Origin: Eledone cirrhosa
Lineage: Eukaryota
Assembly: GCA_964016885.1 (NCBI GenBank)
Contig: OZ024746.1
Coordinates: 1,550,001-1,614,000 of the forward strand
DNA: 64,000 nucleotides
Direction: 5' to 3'
Shown here: positions 43,099-56,222 of the stretch, piece by piece
How positions within the stretch are numbered: the stretch's first letter is position 1
How the letters are laid out: each line of letters begins with the position of its first letter
The notes under the pieces: model-generated
The model's input: only the letters and a program-made list of their open reading frames with translations
Database searches by the model: none
Told to the model about the DNA's origin: nothing
Translations under genes and position numbers: made by a program

Positions 43099-43934
43099 AT
43101 ATGTCATCACCATTTAGCGTCTTGTTTTTCCAAACTTCCATGTGTTAGACAAATCCAAGTCATCGAGATTATGACCCAACCCTGACCAGTTGTCCAGACC
43201 ATACCTTGACCAGTTGTCCAGACCATACCTTGCCCATATGGAACAGTATTTTGACTGGCTTCCTTTTTACAACTGGATGCCCTTCCTAACACCAACCACT
43301 TTTATAAATATCCCTCTCTCTCTCTCCCTCTCCCACATGCTCTTTCTTTCTCACACGCTCATCTCCCTCTCCCCTTCTCTTTCACACACACACACACACA
43401 CCCCCCCTCTCTCTCTCCCTCCCTCCCTCTCTCTCTCTCCCTCCCTCCCTCTCTCTCCCACTCTCCCCCCTCTCTCTCCCCTAACTCGCCCACCCTCTCC
43501 ACCCCTCTCTCTCCAGGTACTGCTGAGTTTCTGTATAGTTTATTAGTTGTATATAGCTCCATCTGTTGGTTCCATGTACTTCAGGAACATCCATTATATC
43601 TTCTCTTCACTAGATTTTATCTTCTCTTCACTATTTTAGCCTTCAGAACAAAACAAAAAAACAAAAAAAACAAGGATATATATAAATAAAAAATATAATT
43701 ATTTTATGCCATCGGGATTTTTCTGAAAATATATGAAATCAGAGCCTTTTACTGTTAAGTAGATTTATATAGATATACAAGAGAGACTTGTTTGAAATCC
43801 TTATATATATATATCATCATCATCGTTTAACGTCCATCTTCCATGCTTGCATGGGTTTGGACAGGAATTTTCCCACTTGAGGCAAGATTGGTTGTCTTGC
43901 TCGTATAGGACTGTCTGGCGGGTTTTCTACGGCT

Positions 43935-43972
<38 letters not shown>

Positions 43973-44529
43973 CCTTTTTATTCATCATTGCTGTTTTTTT
44001 CCCTGCTGCAACCAGATCTGGCTGGCATGCCAACAGATCTGGCTGGCATGCCAACAGATCTGGCTGTTGGCTCTATATGATAGCATTTTCTCCTTTTTTC
44101 TTTCTCCCATTAATAGGAATGCTTATAACCGTTTACTAAAAGGCTGATAACATAAATTCTCTCAAATATCTCCCCCACCCCACAAATGCTAAATATATAT
44201 ATATATATATATTTTTTTTCAATAATTGTTTTTACTTTAGTCATAAAGCCAGCAATTTGAAGGGGAAAGTCAGTTAAAGGGACCCTAGTGCATTACTGGT
44301 ACTTTATTAAGGCTGACAGGCAGTTAACCTCGGGAGGATTTAATGAAAAAATAAATGTTTCTGATTTAGGCTAATCTCAGTGGGATTTGAACTGAGAATG
44401 TAAAGGGATGTAACTCCACGCTGTAAAGCATGTTGTCCAACACTCGACCAATTCTACTGCCAATCCACTAACCTATTTTTTTCTTCAATAATATTAGAAG
44501 TATTTCTACACCAGATCCCAGTATATCCC

Positions 44530-44535
44530 AGTAGC

Positions 44536-44571
<36 letters not shown>

Positions 44572-45320
44572 GGTGATGGTGATGGTGATGGTAGTGGTGG
44601 TGGTGCTGGAGGTGGTGGTGTGGTGGTGGTAATGGTGTGGTGGTGGTAATGGTGATGGTGGTGATGATGGTAGTGCTGGAGGTGGTGGTGGTGCTGCTGG
44701 AGGTGATGGTGGTAGTGCTGGAGGTGGTAGTGGTGGTGGTGGTGGTACTGCTGGAGGTGGTGGTGATGACGGTAGTGCTGGAGGTGGTTGTAGTAGTGGT
44801 GGTGGTAGTGCTGGAGGTGGTGGTGGTGGTGGTGCTGGAGGTGATGGTAGTACTGGAGGTGATGGTGGTGGTGGTGGTGGTGGTGCTGGAGGTGGTGGTG
44901 CTGGAGGTGATGGTAGTGGTGGTGGTAGTGTTGGAGGTGGTGGTGGTGGTAGTGTTGGAGGTGGTGGTAGTGCTGGAGGTGGTGGTGGTGGAGGTGATGG
45001 TAGTGGTGGTGGTAGTGTTGGAGGTGGTGGTGGTGGTAGTGTTGGAGGTGGTGGTAGTGTTGGAGGTGGTGGTAGTGTTGGAGGTGGTGGTGGTGGTGGT
45101 GGTGGAGGTGGTGGTAGTGCTGGAGGTGGTGGTGGTGGAGGTGGTGCTGGAGGTGAGTATGGTGGTGGTGGTGTTGGAGGTGGTGGTAGTGCTGGAGGTG
45201 GTGGTGGTGGAGGTGGTGGTGCTGGAGGTGAGTATGGTGGTGGTGGTGGTGGAGGTGGTGGTAGTGCTGGAGGTGGTGGTGCTGGAGGTGAGTATGGTGG
45301 TGGTGGTGGTGGAGGTGGTG
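44530..45320. repeat. (GTG/GTA)n tract with ctggag interruptions
   Basis: Direct reading; ends ~55 nt before the exon at 45376. Confidence 0.95.
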
Positions 45321-45375
45321 TGTATGTTCAGTTTACTTTTGTCATCTTACATTTCCTTCTTTCTCTTCTTTCCAG

Positions 45376-45528
45376 CCAATCTTCGTTTTGAAGTATTTAA
45401 TGTTGGTAACAAAATATTGGTCAGTAAAACAGATGTTCTGGAACCTGTTATATTCTGGACTTGGGTGAACTCTGAGAAATTAGCCATCATAACAGATACG
45501 ACTGTCTATCATTGGGGTCTCTGGCAAG
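45376..45528 (+). CDS. Clathrin-TD-like exon (ANLRFEVFNVGNKILVSKTDVLEPVIFWTWVNSEKLAIITDTTVYHWGLWQ)
   Basis: tttccag|CC ... CAAG|gtgagt; 153 nt, phase 1/1; aligns to CHC AGKTLQIFNIEMK...FWKWIS...VTDNAVYHW. Confidence 0.93.
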
Positions 45529-45687
45529 GTGAGTTCCTTCTTACCACATTTTTAATACACTCTGTTTTAATAAATGAAGAATTTCAACGGTTTTACTAAA
45601 ATTATTAATTATTTCACTACTAAGATAGTAACTTAATGTAAGGTTCTTATATAAAATTATGTTGGAAGATTTTAATTTAAATCGGGT

Positions 45688-46047
45688 GGTTTTATTTGAT
45701 AGAACCAGAGCTGGTTTTGGTCAGGTTGGTAACTAAAGGGTTTTATTTGATAGAACCAGAGCTGGTTTTGGTCAGGTTGGTAACTAAAGGGTTTTATTTG
45801 ATAGAACCAGAGCTGGTTTTGGTCAGGTTGGTAACTAAAGGGTTTTATTTGATAGAACCAGAGCTGGTTTTGGTCAGGTTGGTAACTAAAGGGTTTTATT
45901 TGATAGAACCAGAGCTGGTTTTGGTCAGGTTGGTAACTAAAGGGTTTTATTTGATAGAACCAGAGCTGGTTTTGGTCAGGTTGGTAACTAAAGGGTTTTA
46001 TTTGATAGAACCAGAGCTGGTTTTGGTCAGGTTGGTAACTAAAGGGT
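45688..46047. repeat. 51-bp perfect tandem repeat (7 copies)
   Basis: ggttttatttgatagaaccagagctggttttggtcaggttggtaactaaag; single-copy relatives at ~10652-10705 and ~18780-18830(-). Confidence 0.95.
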
Positions 46048-46247
46048 TAATATCAACTGTCTTTTTCAACATAATGTTCTGCATTTGTATTTCTTTATAC
46101 GAAGGTAGGCTGAAAAGTTGGTAGGCTGACTATAACGGGGTGATGTTAGAGCTGTGAAATCTTGCAGCAGTGAGGTTATTTTAAATGACAAAGACCAGTT
46201 TTCACTGTGACAGACCATCTAAGATATTGATTTACTTATAGGTTCTG

Positions 46248-46565
46248 TCGTAGTAGCAGTATTAGTGGTAGTAGCAGTGGTAGTGGTAGTAGAAGTAGTA
46301 GTAGCAGTATTAGTGGTAGTAGTAGCAGTATTAGTGGTAGTGGTAGTAGTAGTGGTAGTTGTAGTAGTGCTAGTGGTAGTAGTAGTAGCAGCAGTAGTGG
46401 TGGTGGTAGTAGTAGTAGTAGCAGCAATAGTAGTAATAGTAGTAATAGCAGCAGTAGTAGTGGTAGTGGTGTTGGTGGTAATATTAGTAGTAGTGGTAGT
46501 AGTAGTATTAGTGGTAGTATTAGTAGTGGTAGTGGTAGTAGCAGTGGTAGTGTTAGTAGTAGTGC
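46248..46565. repeat. (GTA/GTG)n microsatellite
   Basis: Direct reading. Confidence 0.92.
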
Positions 46566-46758
46566 TACTACCTTAGCAGGGGTTGCAGCTTATGTAACTT
46601 TGACGATACCAAATTCATTTATTCTCTAATTCATTCACTTCTTCCTTTATTCATTTAAATCTCCTTCTCTGCTATTTTCTGTTTTCCTTATTTCCAGATA
46701 TCGATTTCTGTCAGTCCTGTCTTTATTCACCTTATTCTTTCCTATTTCTTTCTCTGTT

Positions 46759-47595
46759 TGTTGTGACACACCTACATGACCACTTTACAGTGTTGTGACA
46801 CACCTACATGACCACTTTACAGTGTTGTGACACACCTACATGACCACTTTACAGTGTTGTGACACCTACATGACTACTTTACAGTGTTGTGACACCTACA
46901 TGACCACTTTACAGTGTTGTGACACCTACATGACTACTTTACAGTGTTGTGACACCTACATGACCACTTTACAGTGTTGTGACACCTACATGACTACTTT
47001 ACAGTGTTGTGACACCTACATGACCACTTTACAGTGTTGTGACACCTACATGACCACTTTACAGTGTTGTGACACACCTACATGACCACTTTACAGTGTT
47101 GTGACACCTACATGACCACTTTACAGTGTTGTGACACCTACATGACCACTTTACAGTGTTGTGACACCTACATGACCACTTTACAGTGTTGTGACACACC
47201 TACATGACCACTTTACAGTGTTGTGACACCTACATGACCACTTTACAGTGTTGTGACACACCTACATGACCACTTTACAGTGTTGTGACACACCTACATG
47301 ACCACTTTACAGTGTTGTGACACACCTACATGACCACTTTACAGTGTTGTGACACCTACATGACCACTTTACAGTGTTGTGACACACCTACATGACCATT
47401 TTACAGTGTTGTGACACACCTACATGACCACTTTACAGTGTTGTGACACACCTACATGACCACTTTACAGTGTTGTGACACACCTACATGACCACTTTAC
47501 AGTGTTGTGACACACCTACATGACCACTTTACAGTGTTGTGACACCTACATGACCACTTTACAGTGTTGTGACACCTACATGGTCACTTTACAGG
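46759..47595. repeat. 30/32-bp minisatellite (~27 copies)
   Basis: gac(ac)acctacatgaccactttacagtgttgt. Confidence 0.96.
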
Positions 47596-48019
47596 TGTGA
47601 CCTATCTACTTGGGTAACTTATACACAACTATATTGGGACCCCCACTTTGGTCACAAATGACCATGGGATCTGCATCTAGAAACTTCCCCTCCGAGGCAC
47701 TGGTCTGGGCAAGGTTGTTTGTGGAAGACCAGCAGTCACCCATGTATACCAGTCTCCCCTCTCCACGCCACCAATGTTGTCCAAGGTAAAGGCAATGGCT
47801 GATACAGCTTGGCACCAGTGACTTGACAATTTATTTCTACAGCTGAGTGAACTGGAGTAACATCAAATAAAGTACCGTGCTCAAGGACACAATATGTCAC
47901 CTGGTCAGAAAGTTGAAATGACAACCTCCCAAGCCCAACACTCTAACCATTAAGCTATCCACCTTCACATACAGCTATATATGGTAATACAATGTCTTTC
48001 TTCCCTCTGTCTCTGTTAG

Positions 48020-48138
48020 GTGACTCTCCACCAGAAAATGTCTTCCAACGACATGATCGTTTGACCTTCAGTGAAATCATCAGTTATAAAGCTGACTCTA
48101 GTTTAAAGTGGCTGGCCATTACAGGACTCACACCAGAG
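48020..48138 (+). CDS. Clathrin-TD-like exon (GDSPPENVFQRHDRLTFSEIISYKADSSLKWLAITGLTPE)
   Basis: ctgttag|GT ... GAG|gtaagt; 119 nt, phase 1/0; aligns to CHC [40 protein letters not shown]; absent from the ORF track. Confidence 0.93.
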
Positions 48139-48391
48139 GTAAGTTAGAGGAGCCATTTCTAATATACCAGTCAACTACTGGGATGATTCTTTCTTTCTTC
48201 TCTCTCTCTTTCCTTACTTTAGGTCAATGGTTTCCCAACTTATTTTGTCATAGAACCCTTTATATGATTTACTAAAAATTGCAGAACCCATACCTAAATA
48301 TTAAGAACAATCTCCTCCACCTTAATTTTTATAATTCATAAAATGAAACAAAAGTTTGTTTTAGGGAGAAATTTATATTTATATAAAAACA

Positions 48392-48616
48392 ACCATTGGA
48401 CCTTATGTAAGATGTGGACCCCAGCTTCTCAGGGAAGTCAGTATCTCTACCATTGGACCTTATGTAAGATGTGGACCCCAGCTTCTCAGGGAGGTCAGTA
48501 TCTCTACCATTGGACCTTATGTAAGATGTAGACCCCAGCCTCTCAGGGAGGTCAGTATCTCTACCATTGGACCTTATGTAAGATGTGGACCCCAGCCTCT
48601 CAGGGAGGTCAGTATC
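48392..48616. repeat. 57-bp tandem repeat (4 copies)
   Basis: accattggaccttatgtaagatgtggaccccagcttctcagggaggtcagtatctct. Confidence 0.92.
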
Positions 48617-49699
48617 ACTACTTCAGTACTGACTTGGTCTGTGAAGACTCGTCCAGTCCTCTCTAGCAAAGAAAGTGGACATTAAACGATGCTGACATTG
48701 ATACTGTACTCAGATCTCACGTAATTTTATTCAAATAGAAATCTGGTGGGCGAATGCAGTTAATATTTATGATGAGTTAGGTTGAGGCTGTGTTTGGTGT
48801 TGGTACATAACAATTCTATGATGAGTTAGGTTCCAGAGTCATTACCACAACAGTATGGATGGTAAGATGTCCCAAATGGGGCGAGTTGACACATTAAGAA
48901 AAACAGGGTCTGTTGTTATACTAGTAGAGAAAGCAAATTTTCTTCAATTCCCAAGATGTTTTGCATTAGTTTCAGGCAAGTCCTGGTCAAACATACCTGT
49001 AATCAAAGATATTCCAAGCATTACTATCCATTTATTTACAGATTATTCAGGATGTCATTGTCCAATGTATCCTTCCTTTTTTTTTTTTCTAAAGATCTCT
49101 TAAACTTAAACAAACCGACATCCCAGACTGCATTCACTTATCAAGTGAGGTGGAGCTCATCAGACCAAGGAAACAATGATTCCATTGGTCTTTCCAGTTG
49201 TTGATACTGTCTACTGGTCGTATTTGAGGGATATTTAGTTACTATTTCTAAAATGTTAAGACCACATAGAGGCTGTTTTGTTGGCTCAATATTTTGAGAT
49301 ATTGTGAAGATTTTCTAGATTATCATATGCTTCCTTGTATTGCATTTGTGTATAATACCCCCTTTTCTTATCAAGAAAATGTCTGAAAAAGTCTAGTTTT
49401 GGTGTATAAACATTTAGTTCTAGTGTCTACCACACACCCATAACAAACAAGGAACAAAGCAAAATTGACTGCATGGTATACATGTAAGAGTACAGGATGT
49501 AGATCTCTATTCTATGGTTTATAAACATACAATATTTCAACAAATTGATGTTTTTTAATCATCATCATTTAACACCCATTTTTCCACAATAGCATGGGTT
49601 AGACAAGTTGTCCTGCTGTGAGACAAGCCAGAGCAGATGACCATGTCTTGTTCATATAGAATTGGCTTGTTTTCTGGATGCCCTTCCTAAAGCCAATCA

Positions 49700-50076
49700 C
49701 ATTTACTGTGTGGACTGGGCACTGTCTGTCATGACACGTACATGACCACTTTACAGTGTGGACTGGGTACTGTCTGTCATGACACCATGACCACTTTACA
49801 GTGTGGACTGTACTATCTGTCATGACACCTACATGACCACTTTACAGTGTGGACTGGGTACTGTCTGTCATGACACCATGACCACTTTACAGTGTGGACT
49901 GTACTATCTGTCATGACACCTACATGACCACTTTACAGTGTGGACTGGGTACTGTCTGTCATGACACCATGACCACTTTACAGTGTGGACTGTACTATCT
50001 GTCATGACACCTACATGACCACTTTACAGTGTGGACTGGGTGTTTTTTATCGTGACACCTCCATGACCACTTTACA
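49700..50076. repeat. Tandem repeat (alternating ~45/47-bp units) inside an RTE-3'UTR-like element
   Basis: catgaccactttacagtgtggactg..tactgtctgtcatgacac. Confidence 0.88.
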
Positions 50077-50208
50077 GAAAAAAATCTGAAAAATTAATAA
50101 GCAAGGACTGGGGACAATTATTGGAAACCCGAGAGTAATCTTTAATTGAACAATTGGTTCTTTATTATGGTTTAGGTCAGTTTTAACATGTTTTATTTGT
50201 TGTTGTAG

Positions 50209-50373
50209 GAGGATCGTATCTCTGGAGTGACACAGCTGTACAATGTGGATGAAGACATCACACAGTGTATCAACTCACATGCAGTGTGTTTTACACACTA
50301 CAGGTTTGATGATAACCCTTTACCATCGACAGTGTTTTGTGTGGCTTCCAGGGACACACAAGACAAGGGGAAA
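50209..50373 (+). CDS. Clathrin-TD-like exon (EDRISGVTQLYNVDEDITQCINSHAVCFTHYRFDDNPLPSTVFCVASRDTQDKGK)
   Basis: ttgtag|GAG ... AAA|gtaagt; 165 nt, phase 0/0; aligns to CHC [28 protein letters not shown]...STLFCFAVR. Confidence 0.93.
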
Positions 50374-51379
50374 GTAAGTACTTTACATTGTTGTTGTTTA
50401 GTTCATACATAAACAAGAAGACTTATAGTCATAGAGAGACATTCCAGATATGGCTAAGTGGTTGAACTGTTCTCTCTGTAGCCATGTGTTCTTCAATAAT
50501 ATGCCGTGCCATGGCACCTTGGGCAAGTATTTTCTCCTATAGCCTCTGGCTGACTAATACCTTGTGAGTGAAACTGTATGGAAGAACATCATATATATAT
50601 ATGTATGTATCATCATCATCATCATTAGTCTTACGTCCAGGGGTCCACCCCTGGGTCTCTTGCCGGTTGGTTTTGCCCATAAAATCTGTCCAGTGATTCT
50701 TTACTAAGACATTCTAACCTCATGCCCTCTATAGTATCGGAGCTGTGATCCCTCAATTCGAAGAAGTAGTGGCCCTACCTGGAGTGACTCTTCAGAGGAA
50801 CCCCCAGAATATGTAAATAATATTTGAGGGTGATAATTAATTCATTATCAGACTTGTCAAGATTAACCTGATACTACGCAACAGCTATAGTTGACATATA
50901 ACCTCTAATGAACTTTGAAACAACATTTATTATAAACTAATGGCTAACATGTCAAAAAGATGAGGTGAAAAGAAGATCTGATGGCAGGAGAGAAAGAACC
51001 CCCCACGAAAGGAATATTCGGAGCATTTGCTGAAGCTATAGATCAATACAGCTCCCCTACTACTCCCTCACGAGGTACAGAACCATGTTTTATTGAACAC
51101 AAGAAGGATGAAAGGAAGAACTAACCTTGCAATTGAAACTGAGAATGTAAAGAACTGCAACAAATGCTACAAAGTCTCGCCTTCATAAGTATTCTACCAA
51201 TCCACCACCATTTAACATTGGCACAGGGCCAGAAATTTTGGGGAAAGGGGAACAGTTAATTATGATGACCACAGTAAAAGTACATTTATTTATGGCTGCT
51301 TGCATTTCGTTCTGGGTTTTTAAAACATTGTTAAAAATGAAAACTAGGTCAAACATATTCATTCAAGTACTTCATAGCT

Positions 51380-52170
51380 ACACACACATGTATATATATA
51401 TACACATACACACACATGTATATATATATACACATACACACACATGTATATATATATACACATACACACACATGTATATATATATATATACACATACACA
51501 CACATGTATATATATATACACATACACACACATGTATATATATATACACATACACACACATGTATATATATATACACATACACACACATGTATATATATA
51601 TACACATACACACACATGTATATATATATATACACATACACACGCATGTATATATATATACACATACACACACATGTATATATATATACACATACACACA
51701 CATGTATATATATATACACATACACACACATGTATATATATATACACATACACACACATGTATATATATATACACATACACACACATGTATATATATATA
51801 TACACATACACACGCATGTATATATATATACACATACACACACATGTATATATATATACACATACACGCACATGTATATATATATACACATACACACACA
51901 TGTATATATATATACACATACACACACATGTATATATATATACACATACACACACATGTATATATATATATACACATACACACACATGTATATATATATA
52001 TACACATACACACACATGTATATATATATACACATACACACACATGTATATATATATACACACACATGTATATATATATACTCATACACACATGTATATA
52101 TATATATACACATACACACATGTATACACGCACGCACGCACGCACGCACGCGCGCGCGCACACGCACACG

Positions 52171-52204
<34 letters not shown>

Positions 52205-52205
52205 T
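51380..52205. repeat. Compound (CA)/(TA) minisatellite, ~28-30-bp unit
   Basis: cacatacacacacatgtatatatatata. Confidence 0.95.
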
Positions 52206-52593
52206 ATATGAGAGAGAGAGAACTTTTATTATATTTCACCACTCAGGCAAACTGTGAATGTTTCAAGAAATAACTCCAGTATTTATATCTAGAATTTAGA
52301 ATATAAATTACCTCTTAATATTTTGTACCAAATGAAACTGCATTGACAACACAAACTCTGCAGATGATACACCACCATGTCATGGTTTAAGATCTTGGTT
52401 ACCCAGTAATTGTAGTGTGGTGACAGTATCACATCTACGGTAAGCAGGTTCAAGAGAGGAGCATTAAAAGTTGAAGTCTTTATTTTGGTTCACAGCAAAT
52501 TTTTATAACAATCTGTCCACTAGTAAAAAAAAAAATATTACAAATATTTGAATTAACAAACCTTGTTTTTAGATATTTTCTGTTAAATCATTG

Positions 52594-52930
52594 CTCTCAG
52601 GTCCCAAATAATAAGAGTGGGGGTAATTAGTGGGGTGAGTTGGAATAAGTTTTGTGGTTTGAAAAATCGATGATTTTTCTAGGTTATCTCCATTTATTTT
52701 TTTTTTAAAAACCAGAATTAGTCATTTAGTTTACATATTAAAACTGTACTTTATTTTTTTATCATGCATAATGCTTTTAATGTATGATGAAAATTGTGAC
52801 AGGAATGTTACCATTTAAAATAAAATTTCACCAGAGATAGGTTAGCAAAATTTAATAAGCGGGGGCGGAGGATGTTGAATAAAATCTGAACAATTTGGAG
52901 GGGGGGGGGGGTAATTAAGACCTGAGAGTA
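52594..52930. mobile_element. MITE of the same family
   Basis: ctctcaggtc ... gacctgagagta ends. Confidence 0.75.
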
Positions 52931-54416
52931 CAAGATGTTAAGAGATAAGTTTCAAACAAAAGGAAAAATAAACAAAAACTAACAACAACAACAGTAAGAA
53001 GAGCTGAACTGTTCTTGAAATACTTTGAACTATTTCTCACTTAAACCAGACAACTTTGCTAATTAAACATTCCAAATTCTTCATACCAAAAAGGTTAAGA
53101 GTATAACTATTAATTATTAAGCTAGAATGACCAACCATAGTATTATTTAACTAATTTTAACTTGAGTATTTTTAGTACTTGTTAACATTAGAATTACTTG
53201 GTGTTAAAAACAAACATTGTGTTATATTAAAGTTTTATTTTAATTAAAAAGAAATTTAAAATACTTCCCCCAGATAGATGCATGTTTGAAGAAGTTTGAT
53301 TTACATTAAAACAAATATTGGGTTAAAATTAACATTTTATTTTAATTAAAATGATCTTTATAAAAGAAGCCTTAGGTAGAGGGACCTGTTTGAAAAATAT
53401 ATTGGTCTTTATTTCACGCTGCAAAAACTGGTGATGGGCTTGTGACCTGTCGTGGGAGGTATGGGATGGACCAGGATAGTGTATCCTGAGACCCCAAAGA
53501 GGGTTGGAAGAGAGCAAACCTTGACAATTAAAAATATATTTAAAATACTTCCCCAGATAAACACATGTATTGGGTGGTTAAGAAGGTTGATTCACAACCA
53601 TGTAATTTTAGGTTGGATCTCATTGCAGGAGATCTTGAGCAAATGGGCTTTTTGCTATTGCTTCAAGCTGACCACTGCCTTGTGAGGGAAATTTGGTAGA
53701 CAGAAACTGTGCTGAAGCTTGTCATGTGTATCCTAGTACACCATGTTTCTGTGTGTCATAAGAGGCAACTAAAAGGGTTGGCATCAGGAAAGACATTTGA
53801 CTGTAAAATATTCTGTCCAACCCATGCCAGCATGGAAAAATGGACATAAAAACAATGATGATTGTGTGTGTGTTATGTCTGCACTGCTTAATAACTGGTT
53901 TGACAGAGATTGATTAAAATAAAAAATTACCAGAATTAGAAATAAGAACTGAGTTGATATGATTGACTAAACTCTGCATGCTGCAGTCCAATGGTTAAAA
54001 TATATGAATAGATGTATCTCTGTAATGAGGTCAACTTTGTCTTTCATACATTCAATATCAATAAAAATAAAGTACCAGTCATATACTGTGGTCAATTCTT
54101 CTTCTACATCTCTCACTTCCATTCTCTCTCTCTATCATTCTCTCACTCTATCTTTCTCTCACTTCCATTCTCTCTCTCTATCTTTCTCTGGAAGAAATCT
54201 GCTGTATTCAGACTTGGTGAGGAGTTGGGCTCTGCCAGATTTTAAAAAGTGCTCTACAAATGCTGTATGTTGATATGGCACCTCTACGACTTTCCAGGAG
54301 TTATGGAACCATGCATGCAGCTTTGTAAATAACATTTTACCAATTTATTTTTTTCAATTATTTTCATGTTTGTTATTTTTCTTTCTTTTTCCTTCCTCCA
54401 TTTGTGTCCTTTCCAG

Positions 54417-54533
54417 ATCCACATAATAGAGCTGGGACCTTACAAACATGGCAATTTTGCTCCTCGGAACAGCTATACAGAAATTCAGTTCACAGACGAT
54501 TTGGAACGTTACGACTTCCCTGTCTCCATACAG
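54417..54533 (+). CDS. Clathrin-TD-like exon (IHIIELGPYKHGNFAPRNSYTEIQFTDDLERYDFPVSIQ)
   Basis: tttccag|ATC ... CAG|gtacgt; 117 nt, phase 0/0; aligns to CHC LHIIEVG...NDFPVAMQ. Confidence 0.93.
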
Positions 54534-54569
54534 GTACGTAGATACATTCACTTAATTTCTCACCAGATT

Positions 54570-54810
54570 TCACCAGGACAAGTTGAGGGAGAAGCTAGGT
54601 TTAGAAGGATATTGAGGTGGTGTGCAGGAGAGAAGGCTGCATTGGTATGGACATGTGATGTGCATGGACAATGGTTGATGGGTGTAGAAGTGCCAGGAAA
54701 TGCCAGTTGAAGGAAGCCACAGTTGAGGAAGACCAAGAAAGACTTGGGCAGAGGTGGTGAGAGCTGACCTCAAATCACTGAGAGTCACAGAGGAGATGGT
54801 GAAGAAGTGC
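54570..54810 (+). mobile_element. Degenerate RTE C-terminal fragment
   Basis: Encodes CGVQERRLHWYGHVM- and GRPRKTWAEVVRADL-like segments. Confidence 0.7.
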
Positions 54811-55084
54811 GGTGAGTGAGGATGCCAAGTTATTTCAGCGCCATCACCCGTGGTAAAGCTGCCAGTGTTTTGTCTTGCCTCAAAACGTTTCCATTGACCC
54901 TTGTGGTGTGTGTAGCCCATTGTCACACTTGGTGGTGAACTTGTGGTGTGGTGTGTGACCCATTGTCACACCCAGTGTTAAAGTTGACCCTTGTGATGGT
55001 TGTTTTTGTTTGTTTATTCTCTCGCATTAACCATATATTTTAGTACATTATATTTGTGATGTTCCTAGCAATAATTCTATTCAT

Positions 55085-55520
55085 TATAATAATAATAATA
55101 ATAATGAAATTATTGTGTAAAGTGCTCAGGTGCACTACAACTCGTCAAAGGTGTATGTATAGTACATAGAATAATACACAAATGTCAGGGAAGTGAACAG
55201 TGTATGAGTCATGGTATACATGTGTGTATGTGTATGGAGGAGTACATTAGGTGTAGTGTTGGCGAATCTCGGGAACCATGGAGGCCTTAAAGGATGCAGT
55301 GTCTCGACAGCTAACAACTGATGCAGGTAGTTTGTTCCATGCTTCAGCAACTCTGAGCGTGAAAAAATGTTTCCGAAAGTCATGGGAACTGTGCTGTTTT
55401 CTGACTTTGTGGGCATGCCCACGTGTGTTAGACACATGGAAATCAAAAAGGTACTCAGGGTTGTTGTTGGCAACATGGTTAACAATTTTGTGGGTGTTTA
55501 CCAAGTCAGTTGCCAGGCAT
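55085..55520 (-). mobile_element. CR1-like LINE 3' fragment with (ATT)n tail
   Basis: ORF 55247..55504(-) has TRGH..K......FRKHFFTLRVAEAWNKLP, typical of a CR1 ORF2 C-terminus; (AAT)n at 55085-55105 on + strand. Confidence 0.85.
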
Positions 55521-55799
55521 CGTTATGTTTATATTTGTGTTTATATTTTCAATCTGTAAGAACTATAAACAATATGTAATGTTATTTCTAGAACTGTGAA
55601 TCCAAAGATTTAATGGTCCAAATTCAAACTTAACCAAATCTATTTAGACTTTTTCTCTCTAAACTAGATTGTTTATCATTAAACTACTTCTACTTTGCTT
55701 AGTTTTAATGTCATTAGATTTTCTAGGCTTAAAGTATTATATAACAATAAAAGCGGCCAAATTTTGAAACATAAAAAAGCGCTAAGTCTTTAAAGAGTC

Positions 55800-56222
55800 G
55801 TTTCCCTTAGAACGAACAAACTACCTGCATCAGTTGTTAGCTGTCGAGACACTGCATCCTTTAAAACCTCCATGGAACAAACTACCTGCATCAGTTGTTA
55901 GCTGTCGAGACACTGCATCCTTTAAAACCTCCATGGAACAAACTACCTACATCAGTTGTTAGCTGTCGAGACACTGCATCCTTTAAAACCTCCATGGAAC
56001 AAACTACCTGCATCAGTTGTTAGCTGTCGAGACACTGCATCCTTTAAAACCTCCATGCTTCCTGAGATTCGTGAACACTACACCTAATATTCCCCCTCCA
56101 TACACACACACACATGTATATCATGACTCATACACTATTCACTTCCCTGGCATTTGTATATTATTCTATGTACTATACATGCACCTTTGATGAGTTGTAG
56201 TGCACCTGAGCACTGTACACAA
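55800..56222 (+). mobile_element. CR1-like 3' fragment containing 4 tandem copies of a 61-bp unit
   Basis: gaacaaactacctgcatcagttgttagctgtcgagacactgcatcctttaaaacctccatg x4 from 55814; remainder is the reverse complement of ~55110-55280. Confidence 0.8.

Noticed and set aside
44637-45375. Val/Leu/Glu-rich 'transmembrane' part of ORF 44637..45599
   Set aside because: Intronic (GTG)n tract read in frame by chance; only 45376-45528 is exon.
50981-51124. Short intronic ORF MAGEKEPPTKGIFGAFAEAIDQYSSPTTPSR...
   Set aside because: No recognisable homology or supporting exons; 3' part runs into a SINE-like fragment.
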